The notes under the pieces: model-generated | What the model was told of the DNA's origin: nothing | Seen by the model: the letters and a program-made list of their open reading frames with translations, nothing else | Database searches by the model: none | Shown here: positions 40,095 to 53,234 of the stretch, piece by piece | Layout: every line of letters starts with the position of its first letter | Numbering within the stretch: position 1 is the first letter of the stretch | Translations under genes and position numbers: made by a program | NCBI GenBank assembly: GCA_030324005.1 | Contig: JARDVH010000137.1 | Coordinates: 37,015,676-37,079,675 of the forward strand | Direction of reading: 5' to 3' | Source: Negaprion brevirostris | Lineage: Eukaryota | Length of the DNA: 64,000 bases

Positions 40095-40289
40095 CTGTTG
40101 ATAATCACAAAACAGTAACTGGTACGGAGTTCCAATAAATATTTTGTTTACTTCGGATCAACCAGATGGTGATATTTTAAAATAAATATGTAGATGTCAA
40201 CCTTGAAAAATCTAGTGCAGTGGACCTGTAAAACAGCTGACACAGGCTCAAAAAGGTTAACAAGTGAATAACCTCCCCAGATGTACACT

Positions 40290-40570
40290 TCTGACATGCA
40301 AAAAGAGGGAGGCCATTTAGGACTGAGAAGAGGGGGAATTTCTTCACTCAAAGAGTGGTAAATCTTTGGAATTATATACCCCATGGTTCTCTGGAGGCTC
40401 AATCATTCAGTGTGTTCAAGATAGAAGTGGATAGATTTCCAGTTATTAAAGATACCGAGGGATATTGGTACGGGATGGGAAAATGGCATTGAGGTAGAAT
40501 GATCTCGTTGATAGGTGCAGCAGGCTTGAGGGGTTGAATGGCCTACTCCTGCTCCTACTTCCTAAGTTCC
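40290..40570 (+). mobile_element. CR1 LINE 3' end
   Basis: FRTEKRGNFFTQRVVNLWN motif and tail gaatggcctactcctgctcctacttcctaagttcct. Confidence 0.8.
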
Positions 40571-40904
40571 TCCATAATACACTAAAATGGCAACAGAAAA
40601 AGGGCTTCTACTCAAATATCTTTCATGTGTTAGACAAAATAAAAGTGTGCAAGATGAGGCAAAAAGAGGATATGAATGATGAAGACACCAGAATTATTCT
40701 CCATCATTTCTAAGGAATGATGTTCTAAGAGAATTTTTATATTTTCAACAACCTTTGGGTGCATTTTTCCTGAGTAGGTGTTTCTACCCTATCCTTACCA
40801 AATTAATTTAGATAACTGTGCATCACCTATCTCCTCATGCCAAAGGAAAGAGCAAACACCATCTTAACAGTGAGTGAAAGCTATTTTACCAAATTTTATC
40901 TGGA

Positions 40905-41115
40905 CTCAAGAACAGCTTCTTCCTGCTGCCATCAGACTTTTGAATGGACCTACCTTGCATTAAGTTGATCTTTCTCTAACCCTAGCTATGATTGTAACAC
41001 TACATTCTGCACCCTCTCCTTTCCTTCTCTATATATGGTACGCTTTGTTTATATAGCGCACAAAAAACAATACCTTTCACTGCATACTAATACATGTGAC
41101 ACTAATAAAATCGAA
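40905..41115 (+). mobile_element. LINE 3' end, Rex1/Babar-like (other copies ~31475-31610 on - and ~56070-56185 on +)
   Basis: ctcaagaacagcttcttcctgctgccatcagacttttgaatggacc (KNSF..AIRLLN) followed by a shared 3' UTR seen three times in the window. Confidence 0.6.
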
Positions 41116-41289
41116 TCTTTTTAAACACTTAATTCTAGTAAATTCTTTTTTACTCCACAGGCTCATGAGAAAGACACAACTCGAAGAAATAGCAAAGGCA
41201 GATAAACCTACAACTTGCATAAACAACGTAAACAAAACGTATCAACTTGTCCCAATGTGCTTGAAGACCACTGGCCATTTTTTTTGAGG

Positions 41290-44200
41290 AAGGCAGTGGC
41301 AGAGTAGTACTAATGCTGGGCTGGAAAGCCAGCAGCCCAGGAGAATGCTCTGGGGACATGGGTTCAAATCCCACCATGGCAGCTGTGGAATTTAAATTAA
41401 TAAATCCAGTTCACTAATACCCCTTTAGGGAAGGATATCTGTCTTCCTTATGTGGTCTGGCCTAGATGTGACTCTGGACCCAAAACAATCAGGTTGAATC
41501 TTAAATGCCCCCTGAAATGGCCCAACACGCCAGTTATATCAAGCCATCACAGGAAAGCTGAAAAGGAATGAAACCAGATGGACAACTGGCATAGACCTAG
41601 AATCAGAAACAAAAATGGTACACCCACCCCTGTTCAACCCTGCAAAGTCCTCCTTACCAACATCTTAGGGCTTGTGCCAAAGTTGGGAGAGCTGTCCCAT
41701 AGACGAGTCAAGCAACAATCTGACTTAATCATATTCGCAAAATCATGCCTTACAGCCAATGTCCCAGATACCATCATCACCATCCCTGGATATACCCTGT
41801 CCCACAAGTAGGACAGACCCACCAGAGATGGCAGCAGTGACAGTGGTATAGTAGAGGGAGGTTCCCTGGGAGTCCTCAACACTGATTCTAGAGCCAGTGC
41901 AGTCTCATACATCAGGTCAAAGATGGACAAGGAAACCTCCTCCTGATTACCATCTACTGCTCCCCCCCTCAGTGATAAATCAGAATTCCCCTCATTGAAC
42001 ACCAAACACAAGTACAAAGACCAGTGAGCTTGCGCGCACCACTGTGAGAGAGACTGCAGCCGGAGTAGATACAGCCAGAGTGAGGGTATTGGAAACTTGG
42101 AGCTGACTGGATAATTATTGGTAAGTGTTTCTCTTTTTTCTCTTTAAATTCAGTAGTTTAGTTTAAAGATCAATAAGCAACTGATCCAATTAGCTAAGTG
42201 GCAGTTATCTGTCAATCAACTGAAGCCTGACTAAGGCTTCAATATGTGTGCATGTTTAGGAATTTTAAACTGGTGTCTGAGTCATTTCAGCTCACCTCAG
42301 CTAAATGCGAGAAGCATTGATGGTTTAAAAAGCAGAGCATGTACTCTGGTAGGGGACTTCAATATCCATCACCAAGAGTGGCTCAGCAGTACCACAATCA
42401 ACTGAGCAGGCCCAGCCCTAAAAGACAAAGCTCTAATCTAGAAATGTGGCGAGTGGTGAGGGAACCAATAAAAGGTAAAAACATACGTGACCTCTTTACC
42501 ACTAGGCCAAATGGCCTAATTCTGTTCCTATATCTTATGAATTTTCTCACAAATCTATCTCCATGACTGTATTGGTAGGTGTGACCACTGCACACTCCTT
42601 CTCAAGATGATGTCCCGTCTTTACATTATGGACCCATCCATAATCTTGTGTAGTTTTACCACCATGTTAAATGGGATGGATTTTGAACAGATCTAGCACT
42701 TCAAAACTGGACAACTCTGAGGCCCTGTAGGCCATCAGCAGGAGCAGAATTATTTTCAACCACAGTCTGTAACCTGATGGCCCACATATCCTCCACTCTA
42801 CTGTTACCGTTACGAACCCTGGTTCAACGAAGGGTGCAGGAGAATATACCAGTAGAAGACTTAAAATTAAGGTGTTAACCTGGTGAAGCTACCACACAGG
42901 GCTGCATGCCAAACATGCGAAAGACAGAGCTAAGTGATCCCACAATCAATGGATCAGACCCAAGCTCTGCAATGCTGCACATCCAGTCATGAAAGGTGGT
43001 AGAAATTGATCAACTCCCTGGAGGAGGCAGGTCCACAAATATCTCCATCCTCAATAATGGGAGAGCCAAGCACATTTGTGCAAAAGACGAGGCTGAAATA
43101 TTTGCAATCATTTTCAATGCTGAGTGAATGATCCATTTTGACCGCCTCCTGAGATCTACAGTATCATAGATGCCAATCTTCAGTCAGTTCCATTCATTCC
43201 ACATAATGACAAGAAAAAGCTGAAGTCATTGTATACTACAAAGGCTAAGGGACCTGACAATGTTCTGGCAATAGGACTGAAGACTTGTGCTCCAGAATTA
43301 GCCAGGCTCCTCGCCAAGCTGTTCCAATACAGTAGCATCAATGGCATCTGTGCAGCAATGTGGAAAATTGTTTGTGCATGTCCTGTCCACCAACTGATAG
43401 ACAAACCCAACCCAACCAATTACCACCAAATCAGCTGACTCTCAAACATCAGCAAAATAACGGAAGGGGCCACTGGCAGTGGTATCAAGAGCCCATATTC
43501 AGAAATAACAATTCAGTTTGAGCCACTCAGTTACTGACTTTATTACAGCCTTACAACAAACACGAACAAAAGAGCTGAACTCCAGAGATGAGAGACTTAG
43601 ACCCAACCATCTCCAGCTGCTTCATCAATGATCTTCTCTTCATCATAAATTCAGAAGTGGGGATATTTTCTGAAGATTGCACAATGTTCAGCATCATTTG
43701 GGAANNNNNNNNNNNNNNNNNNNNNNNNNNNNNNNNNNNNNNNNNNNNNNNNNNNNNNNNNNNNNNNNNNNNNNNNNNNNNNNNNNNNNNNNNNNNNNNN
43801 NNNNGTTCAGCATCATTTGGGAATCCTCAGATACTGAAGCAGTTTGTGTCCATTTACAACCAGACCTGGACAACATTCAGGTCTGGGCTGATGAGTGGCA
43901 CAATAGCATGAACCATATAAAAATGGCAGTGAACAACCTTCCATCTGATTTCTCTCCCTGTTTGTACCATTTTCAACTCTTCAGATACTGATGCAGTCTA
44001 TATCCATATTCAACATGACCTGCACAATATTCAGGCTTGGGCTGATAAGTGGCAAGTAATATTCATGTACAATGATTATCTCCAACAAGAGATAATCTGA
44101 TCATATCCCCTTGACATTCAATGGTATCACCATTGTTGAATTCCCCATTATCGATCTCTGGGTCGATAATGTCCATTGTGGACATTAGTGGACCATTAAC

Positions 44201-44540
44201 CAGAAACTGAACTGGACCAGCCACATATATACTGTGTCTACTATAGCGAGCCAGAGGCTAGGAATGCTGAGGCAAATAACTCATTTTTGACTCCCCAAAG
44301 ACTGTCTGCCAATCACAAGTTAAGTGTGTGATGGAATACTCTCCATTTTGCCTGGATGAGTGCAGCTCCAACAATACACTAGGTTGACACCATCCATAAC
44401 AAAACAATCTGCTTGATCAGCATCCTACCCACCACATTAAACATTCTCTCTCCCCATCATTGATGCATAGTGATGCCAATATGTACCACCTGTAGACATA
44501 GTGCAGCAGTTCACCAAACTTCCTTCGACATGCCATAAGA
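41290..44540 (+). mobile_element. Near full-length decayed LINE (AP endonuclease + RT) with a tRNA/Deu-SINE-like 5' end
   Basis: Endonuclease start KVLLTNILGLVPKLGELSHR..KQQSDLIIF (ORF 41578-41811). RT motifs KAKGPDNV..LKTCAPELARLLAKLFQYS, FINDL, LQPDLDNIQVWADEW. Many stops, one gap, and an unrelated insert at ~42020-42330. Confidence 0.85.
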
Positions 44541-46144
44541 TGACTACCTGGGTGCTTTGACAATTGATAACTTCAGGTGTGGGTTTTCAGGAGCAGCCTA
44601 CTCAGAGCCGTCAGAAGCACAGCTCAGCAGGAACCTACTAATTTGAAAAATGTCAAGATTTGATGAGTTGACCCCCCAGCATTTTTGGCTTGTTCAGTAA
44701 CAAATACATTTGCAGCACTCACATGCCACACAATATAATGACATCTTATCTGTTACAAAACAGTCCATCCTGAAGCCATTTTAATAACATTGCCTTTCCT
44801 CTTTCTGGAATATTTTCTTACCAAGTAGAGACAAAAACAGTTGGTGGCCAGGAGCAAAGTACTACAAAATATGTTGTGTTACCAGTCTACCTGTCGCAAA
44901 CATTATCACAGATCCATGCGTACCCAGGGCAATAACTAGCTTGATGAGGAAGCAATAAATGAAGTATGGATCATAAATATGGAGCAATAAATACCATAGA
45001 ATGATAGAAAAAGAACATCAAGTAGCCCTGATGCTCATTTAGGTGCCAACTATCAAGACAAATAAAGGCTGAATTCTGGCCCTGTGAATGTCCATGACTT
45101 GTCTGTAAATTGTATCCACTTTAGATGAAAAATAATTAATGGAGAGAGCAAGCAAATAAACAAAGGTGACAGAGAGCAGGAGTGGACATATGTATTGCGC
45201 TCAGATACTTAAGCCAAAGATGAACCCTCCTGATCTGTACTTCACTTCTTACGACTTTAATCAACTGAGCAACTTACACGTTATTTAATGCATTTTAACT
45301 AAGAGCTCGAAAATCTATAAACCATGAATGCCACTTCGAGCCAGTGGATGGTGCTACTATACTATAAACAGCAAATGCTAATATAAAAATGGTTATGGCA
45401 CATCATTTTTTTTGCTAATAGTAAAACAGGCTCAAATTAAATCAGGAAATCTCTACACTTCCTGTGACCTATAAAAATTCCACCCCAATTCAATTCTTTT
45501 AATAGTAAAACCTGATACTGTCATTGTTCAGCACTGCAAATAAGAAAGGTGTGGTCTTCTAGAAGAACGTAAGATGTATGTACTTTTTTTTAATGCAAAA
45601 CAAGATAGTCCTTTCTTGATGAAGAATGGAAATTTGGAAGAAATGAAACCTTCCCCCTACATTTAATAACTTACCAAAAAGTCTCACTTTCAGAAGTCAC
45701 ACATTTTGAAGCTATTATTCCATTAGTAGGACACTTATTACAAAAGGAACCAGTGATACAGCTGTTTTCAATAAAGTTCCCCTCCTCAAGTATTTGAAGG
45801 CAAACTTTCAAGAAAGTTGGCAATTTTAATAATAAAGGAAAGAATGTTGCACACAGAAAGCAGCTTCCTTAAGCAAACTTGCTGGTGGATTTGCTGAAAG
45901 TCAATCTTTGGAGTGCACAGTCACTGAATGAAATCTGTACTCCACCTGTCACCTGAGCAGAACAGAAGCACCAAATGCAATTCTGAGCTAATGTTAAGAT
46001 TACTTTTTGTCAGACCTTGGAGCAGTACAAAGGATTCTACTTTAATGCAACTGATAATAAACCAACGTTTTCTGTTCATTTACCATTCGAGAGAGTGTGG
46101 GAGAGCTTGCTTCTTGGATGAGTTCAGGAAAACATTTTTTTCTT

Positions 46145-47125
46145 TTCAGTCAATGTTTGTTATCCATTCCTAATTGCTGAAGAGGTGATGGTGAGCTGCC
46201 TTATTGAAGTGCTGCAGTGGTGCACGAAGGCAGACTTTTGTCTGTTGCCATAGCTAGTTACCCCTGGAACAGATCACTAGTCTGTTGCCAGAGGCTTGTA
46301 GCTTGAAGGGCGCCACTCCACATTAAGACTGACCAGGAGTCTTTCCCACTCTTATTGCCAACCATTGGCATGTAGGTTCACCCACAGCATTGTTAGGAAG
46401 GGAGTTCCAAGATTTCTGAGAGCAATAGTGAAGGAACAGTGATATAATTGCTAGTCAGGATTATATGTGGCTTGTTGGAGTAGGTAGTGGTGTTCCCATG
46501 CATCTGCTGCCCTTGGTAGAGCTTGTGGGTTTGGAAGATGGCATTGAAGCAGCTCTGCTGAATTACTTTAGTGCATCTAGTATAAGGTACACATTGGTGC
46601 CACAGTGCATCAGTGGTGGAGGATGTTAATGATTAAGGTGGTGGACAGGGTGCCAATCAAGTGGGTTGCTTTCTCCTGGATAGTGTTGAGCTGTTTGAGT
46701 ATTGGTGGAGCTGCACTCATCCAAGTTAAACAGAGAACATTCCATCATACTCCTGACTAATGCCTTGTGGATGATGGAAAGGCTTTGGAGAGTCCAGGAG
46801 GTGAATTACTCTGGGCAGAATTCCCAGCCCCTTACCTGTTCTTGTAGCCACAGTATTTGTGACTGGTTCTGTTCAGTTTCTGGTCAACAATAAGCGACCC
46901 CACAACGTTAATAGTTGGGGATTCAGCGATGGTAATGCCACTGAATGTCAAGAGATGTTTGGAATTTGAACCATTGTACTCACAGGATTAGTCTGGGCTT
47001 CTGGATTACTAACGACATTACAATCACGTCACAGCTCTCCTACAGTCAGCGAGCAGATTTTTGCTGAATAAGAGTTGTTTGGTAGCACTGTCAATGACAC
47101 CTTCCATCACTTTGCTGATGATGGA
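46145..47125 (-). mobile_element. LINE 3' portion (same family as 5735-6930) with internal insertions
   Basis: Collinear similarity to 5770-6400 (gtggtgttcccatgcatctgctgccctt; gtgccaatcaag...tcctggatagtgttgagc). Confidence 0.75.
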
Positions 47126-48769
47126 ATTGGGACAGTTCCTCTATACATTCCTATATTTGATTCCTATATCACAAATACGTGTTTATAGGCCTTCCCCAAG
47201 TAAAGGGTAGTGACAGCTACCATTCTCTTTTGCTGTTGCTATTTGTCCTCTGGAAGACGATAGCAAAAACCATCCCTGGAGAGAACAGGCAAAACTATTT
47301 TCTGGGGTATTTGATCGTATTGAATGGTGGAGAAGGCTTGAGTGGCCAAATGGCCTATTCCTGCTCCTATTTTCTACCTTTGCATTTCCCACCTTTCCAT
47401 TTCCCAGTACCTCAATCGAGCAGTGGCCCACCACATTTATATTATTGTGTTGGCACCTGAAACAGATGTTGTTGTGAGTTAATGTGTTGCAATCTAAGTG
47501 TATGTAAAAGTTTAGTTAAAGATGCATGAGGAATTAAGCCACAGCTACTTTTCCAATTCTAATTCTCTTCCCACACCTAGTGGTGCACGAAGGCAGACTT
47601 TTGTCTGTTGCCATAGCTAGTTACTCCTGGAACAGATCACTAGTCTGTTGCCAGAGGCTTGTAGCTTGAAGGGCGCCACTCCACATTAAGACTGACCAGG
47701 AGNNNNNNNNNNNNNNNNNNNNNNNNNNNNNNNNNNNNNNNNNNNNNNNNNNNNNNNNNNNNNNNNNNNNNNNNNNNNNNNNNNNNNNNNNNNNNNNNNN
47801 NNNNNNNNNNNNNNNNNNNNNNNNNNNNNNNNNNNNNNNNNNNNNNNNNNNNNNNNNNNNNNNNNNNNNNNNNNNNNNNNNNNNNNNNNNNNNNNNNNNN
47901 NNNNNNNNNNNNNNNNNNNNNNNNNNNNNNNNNNNNNNNNNNNNNNNNNNNNNNNNNNNNNNNNNNNNNNNNNNNNNNNNNNNNNNNNNNNNNNNNNNNN
48001 NNNNNNNNNNNNNNNNNNNNNNNNNNNNNNNCCTTCTGTGGGGTGCAGCAGGTTTCAGAACACTGTATGAACAAAGAAGGAAGGTGAATACGCCCACTCA
48101 CCAACACTTCCCATTGATACTGGAGAACAAAGAGATGAAAAGAAATATATATGCATAGGTAGGAGGAGTAAAAAAATCACAAAGCTGGTTTACCTACCAC
48201 TTCTTTTGAAGACTGAATCAAGAACTAATACCCAGCATGTTATTTTTCACTGTGGCAATCTCTGTCTGTTTTGGACAAACATCTAGCACAAAACACTTAA
48301 ACAGGTCTCAGTACTTGGTCCAGGAGCATTCTGAGCAAAGTTTGAACACTCTAGCGATCAGACTTGGCATAAACTCCCCTTGCCTTATCCTGAAAATATG
48401 ATACCAATGATGATCCTGAATCCTTGGAGACAGTTTTGTAAGAAGTTTGGTATGGCTGAGATGCTGTTCTATACATTTCTCACCGATGTTCACTGGAAAG
48501 GGCTTCGTTTCTGACTGTTCAAAAATGGCCACCAATTTTGATCCTATAAATTAATTCAGCTTCATACTGAGTTTTCCTTACTTTAATTCTAAGGATTGCA
48601 ACAGGGCTGTGTGTCTTATCAAATAGGATAGTGATTTCCATTCCCAGAGACAAGAAAGAAAGAAACCCTTAAAATGATTTAAAGGCTCTATGATTATTCA
48701 GCCTTTTATCTTTTTTAGATCTTTCTAATGCTAGCAGCCTCACTGTGTCAACATAATAGATGATGAAAA

Positions 48770-48822
48770 TGTTATTATTTTAATATTTTTGAGGATACTC
48801 TGGTCTGGGGAAATATATGTTT

Positions 48823-48853
<31 letters not shown>

Positions 48854-49823
48854 CCGCATAGGTGTGTGTGTGTGCGTGTGTCTAATTTAACCAAACTGGA
48901 GACTGAGTATCTATGGAATTGCGACTATCAAAGGATGTAAAAGACAGACACTTGAAATGTATAGAACCAAGTTGGATGTTTTCCAAGAAAATATATAGGT
49001 AGAAACTTGCATTAGGAGATAAATGAAGTTTTGGCTTTTTAGCCAGTAAATTTAAAAGGGAGGTGAGAAAGAGTTTACAATTTAAGGAAAGGTCATAAAT
49101 AAACCTATGAAAGGTCATGAAGTTTCATTTGACCAAAAGTGGAAGCAATGGATCACATGATAGATTTTTATATTTTAAAGATGTTCAGAGAGATGTTCAA
49201 ACAACGATTTCAAAGATGAAAGAGAAAAATCCTCATTTAAGAGAGAGTTGGGAGTTTTGCTGAGGGGAACGACAAGACCCTGAATGTGCTCCATGCTGTG
49301 TCAGAGCTGTGAAAAGAAGCAAAAGTGAAGCAATCATCAGCCAACCAGAGAAGAGTTTTCTTGTTCCAGAAAGCAGGGTTTTGTTTTAAAGCCTTTGATT
49401 TCCACAGTCAAGTGAGAAAGGGAAAGGGTGATGGAAAATATCTTCCCTGCAGGAACACTAGGTTGTGTCCTTAGTAATATTTCTGGAATTTTTATAGATC
49501 AAGTTTCTATAAGGAACTGTTACCTAAATGGGTGATTATTTTTGGTTTTAACAAGAAAGAATCTGCTGGGGAAATGNNNNNNNNNNNNNNNNNNNNNNNN
49601 NNNNNNNNNNNNNNNNNNTGTGTGTTTAAGTTGCCTTTTCCTTTGTTAATAAATGTTTTAATACTTAACACTTCCAAGAGTTTTACTGGAATTTGTGGCT
49701 CCTGACTTCAGTACATGTTTTTTTGTAAATAATAAAATACAAATTGAAAATCCTTGTGATAGATTGCCAAGTTTCCATCTGGGATTTGGTTAGCCTGACA
49801 ATTACCACTGTTGGATTATAACA
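48770..49823 (+). mobile_element. Possible solo LTR
   Basis: Begins TGTTAT and ends ATAACA, with an internal AATAAA (~49648). No matching target-site duplication, so boundaries are doubtful. Confidence 0.3.
48822..48880 (+). repeat. (TG)n/(CG)n microsatellite
   Basis: Directly visible alternating purine-pyrimidine tract. Confidence 0.9.
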
Positions 49824-52584
49824 GCAATGAATTGGAGACTTGCTTTCCTATATTGTCCAGTACTGGATGAGATTACTAGGTATTGGATATTGGTTCTTGA
49901 TTCCATCTTCAATACATCTGGCAAGTAAACTACTTTTGTGGTTTTTGCTTCTCCTGTCTATTGGTGACAACTAAGACAATGAGCGGAGATGAAAGGCTTG
50001 CCACCTACACAGAAACAAGCTGTGAAGGATTTGTATGTGCACACCTGCAACCTACATCATCAAGAAATTGCACATTGCCTCAAATTTTATGCAATAATCT
50101 TGTTCCTTTGATAGTCACAATTTTATTTTAAAACATCCTGTGGATGAAAATACAAGAACCAATCAATCTTAATTTTGTATTGGAAATTCAAATCTGAAAC
50201 TACTTTATGCATACTGATGAGGATGCAACAGGTAGCACAAACGGCTCTGCTAAAACATTGAGCATCCGTTAGACCACCAAGCAGTATTAAACAGTACAGT
50301 TTCTACGATCTATTGTACACAATTAGCCCAAGGACTATGCCGGAAGGTAAAATGCAAATCATACTACTTCCTATTTCCATCATAACAGTGCCTGAAGTTT
50401 TACTTCAACAAATCAAATAAAAAGTCTATTTTACTGCATTCCCCAGAGCCTCCACAATTTTACACATAAACACCTGGCATTCAAGATTACTTTGCAAAAG
50501 CAAGATTTCATTATACTATCTATAGCACATTCTATAGTATATAGTATGATCTATAGTATTGTTAGTTAATACTGCACTAACTTACACAACTATTATTACG
50601 GGATTTTAAAAAAAATCTTTCACAGGCCGGCATTTATTACCCTTCCTTAATTGTCCTCAAGGAGGTAGTGGTGAGGTGCCTCTTCAACTGCTGCAGTCCG
50701 TACAACCAAGGTGCTGTTAAGGAGAAAAATACCAGGATTTTGACCCAGCAACAATGAACGGTAATATACCAGGATGGTGTGGCTTGGAGTGGAACTTGTA
50801 GGTGATGTTGTTTCCATTATAACCTTGTCTTTAGTCGTGTGGATAGGATAGCTCGGATTGGTCTCCTTACAGTACAGAACATTATGGGCAAATGTAATGC
50901 AGGTGTTCAAAATTAGGTAGTGTTTGATAAGAGCAAATAAGGAGACACTGTTTCTCCGGGCAGGAGAGTTGATAACCAGATCCAAGGTATGTGGCAAGAG
51001 GAGAGGGGTGTTTTTTTATTTAAATGTTGTGAATTAGGATCTGGAATATACTGCCTGAAAGGATGGTGGAAGCAGATTCAATTGTAATTTTCAAAAGACA
51101 ATTGGACAAATATTCAAAAAGAAAATACTGAAAAAAGCAGGGAAATGGGGCCAGTCTACCAAAGAGCCAGCACAGGGAAGATAATCTGAATTGCTTCCCT
51201 CTATGCTATGTCTTTGAACCCCAAAAAAAACTCTGCACCCCAGCCACCAACTCCAATCTTCTCTCTGGCAATTGTGAGAGAGTGAACCAGATTGCTGGCA
51301 AGCTTGGTACCATATCTGACCCCGAGGTGAATTTTCAAACAAAGATCTTTAGACATAACCATCGTGCAAACATACTAAAAAATCAAAAACCTTACTCCAG
51401 TGGCACTGCTCAAGCTCTGCCACCAATTCCATCCCTCTCCCTGGAGAATCATCCCTGGATCCAAGACCAGTCACATTCAATGGAGTTTGCCCATCATTTT
51501 GGCAAATTTACTGAAGTAGTGTATCACATGATTGAACAGGTGAAATTATAACACCAAACTACACTGAAAGACACAATATATTTGGTACTTTTATCCAGCA
51601 TCTTGAATAAAGGCACACACTTTAACTATTTATTTTTCCTCTCCAACATCTTCAAAGCATTTCTGCCATTAATAAGAATATAAAACTTTCTTTCCTCCTT
51701 AATTTCCATGTGTAATTCTAGCTAGAGTGACCATTCTTGTAGATTTGTTTGTTTCTCCAACTGTAACTAACATCTCAACAACTGCTCGATTGCGATGGTC
51801 CAGATCCAGTTGAATTACAGCATCGAAACCAGATGTTCGAAAGAGTGGGGTGAGTAATTGGAATACTGAGGCTGCTATGGTGGCTGTGGAATGGAGACTT
51901 TGAGAAAAAAGTCCGGGGATTGGCTCCGAGGCCCCTGGACACACATACGCACTTTCTTCCCCTTGCTGGTGTCTGTGGCCAAATGAAATGAGCTCCAAGG
52001 CGCAATCACTGCCACCAACAGAGCCTGCTCAAAATGGTAGATGTCCAAGATTATTCTTCTACAAAACCTTTGCTCCTTTGAAAGGTATAAATTGTGACTT
52101 TGTGCCTCTAACCCTCAATTTTGAACTCCCACCTTTTACCCCTACCCTTTACTGGTAAACAACTCTCTTACCCCACCTTCACCACTAACCCCCTCCTCAC
52201 TCCCACTGTGGGCTCGCACCAATTTTTAGTCATCAAAATGGGGTGAGAGCAATATAAAATTTGGGAAGCACTGATGCTCTCCATAAATATTCAATTCCCA
52301 GCCCCAAGATAAATAAAGACCTTAACCTCAAGTGACACCATTATCTTAGGTGTGTAATTTAAGAACATAGTGCATCGAACAATGATTTTCGCAGCTACTC
52401 TCTATTTTTAATGATAGTTACCATGGTGTATGCTGGTTATTATAGGAGTAGGATATATCATACAACTTTTAGAATGTAATACCCACAACCAGTTTTCTGC
52501 AGAGCTGGAAATTCCCAGCATCAAAAGTGAAATTTCTAATCGCCCTCAGAATCTGCAGGGAAGGGGAATTATGTATGGGCGAAA

Positions 52585-52805
52585 TTTTCTGCAAGTATCT
52601 CGAAAAGTCCCAGATGGCCATAGGCTGCTCTCCCCTTTCAGAGGGAGAATTGACTGGTGGTGGTGATTTCACTTTAGGATCAGCACACCTCAGGTGAGAG
52701 GGAAGGTTGAGAAGGCGGGGCCTTCATGAATAAGAGGAATTGAATCTGTGCCCTCGGCATTGCTCTACATCATGAACCAGCTGCCCAGCCAATTAGAGAT
52801 AACCA
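52585..52805 (-). mobile_element. tRNA-derived SINE (third family)
   Basis: Minus strand begins ggttatctctaattggctgggcagctggttcatgatg...gattcaattcc, with A-box-like and B-box-like segments. Confidence 0.55.
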
Positions 52806-53234
52806 AATTAATGTGCAACTTGAATAATTCATCCCAGAATTCCTCACAGTTCTGAAACTTTGATATGGGTATTATTTTTAGCTGAATGAAGGAAGAGAAT
52901 TTCTGTTTTGTAATGATTGGGCATTTCTATGATACGTGTTTTATGAAAGTCTTGTCGAAAAATCAAAGGAAACAATTACTCAGCTTTCATGTGTTAGTCA
53001 TTCCTCATGGATTTCTTCTCATTTATAATCAATCAAATTGAGTAAATAATATGCTCTGCCTTACAGGTGTTCAGTATCCTCATGTGCAAGTTTTTGAGGC
53101 GTGACACTTTCACTGCCAATCATTTGAGTGTGGAACTGGATGTAACATTTCTAATTATAAAGGTACTGTGACGCAAGTTAGTGCATTATATTCAATTGGT
53201 GAGTCACAATCATACCTAAAAACAAGGTAACCAA

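Noticed and set aside
43686-43823. Direct repeat gttcagcatcatttgggaa on both sides of an N run
   Set aside because: Typical unmerged contig overlap around a 100-N gap, not a real duplication.
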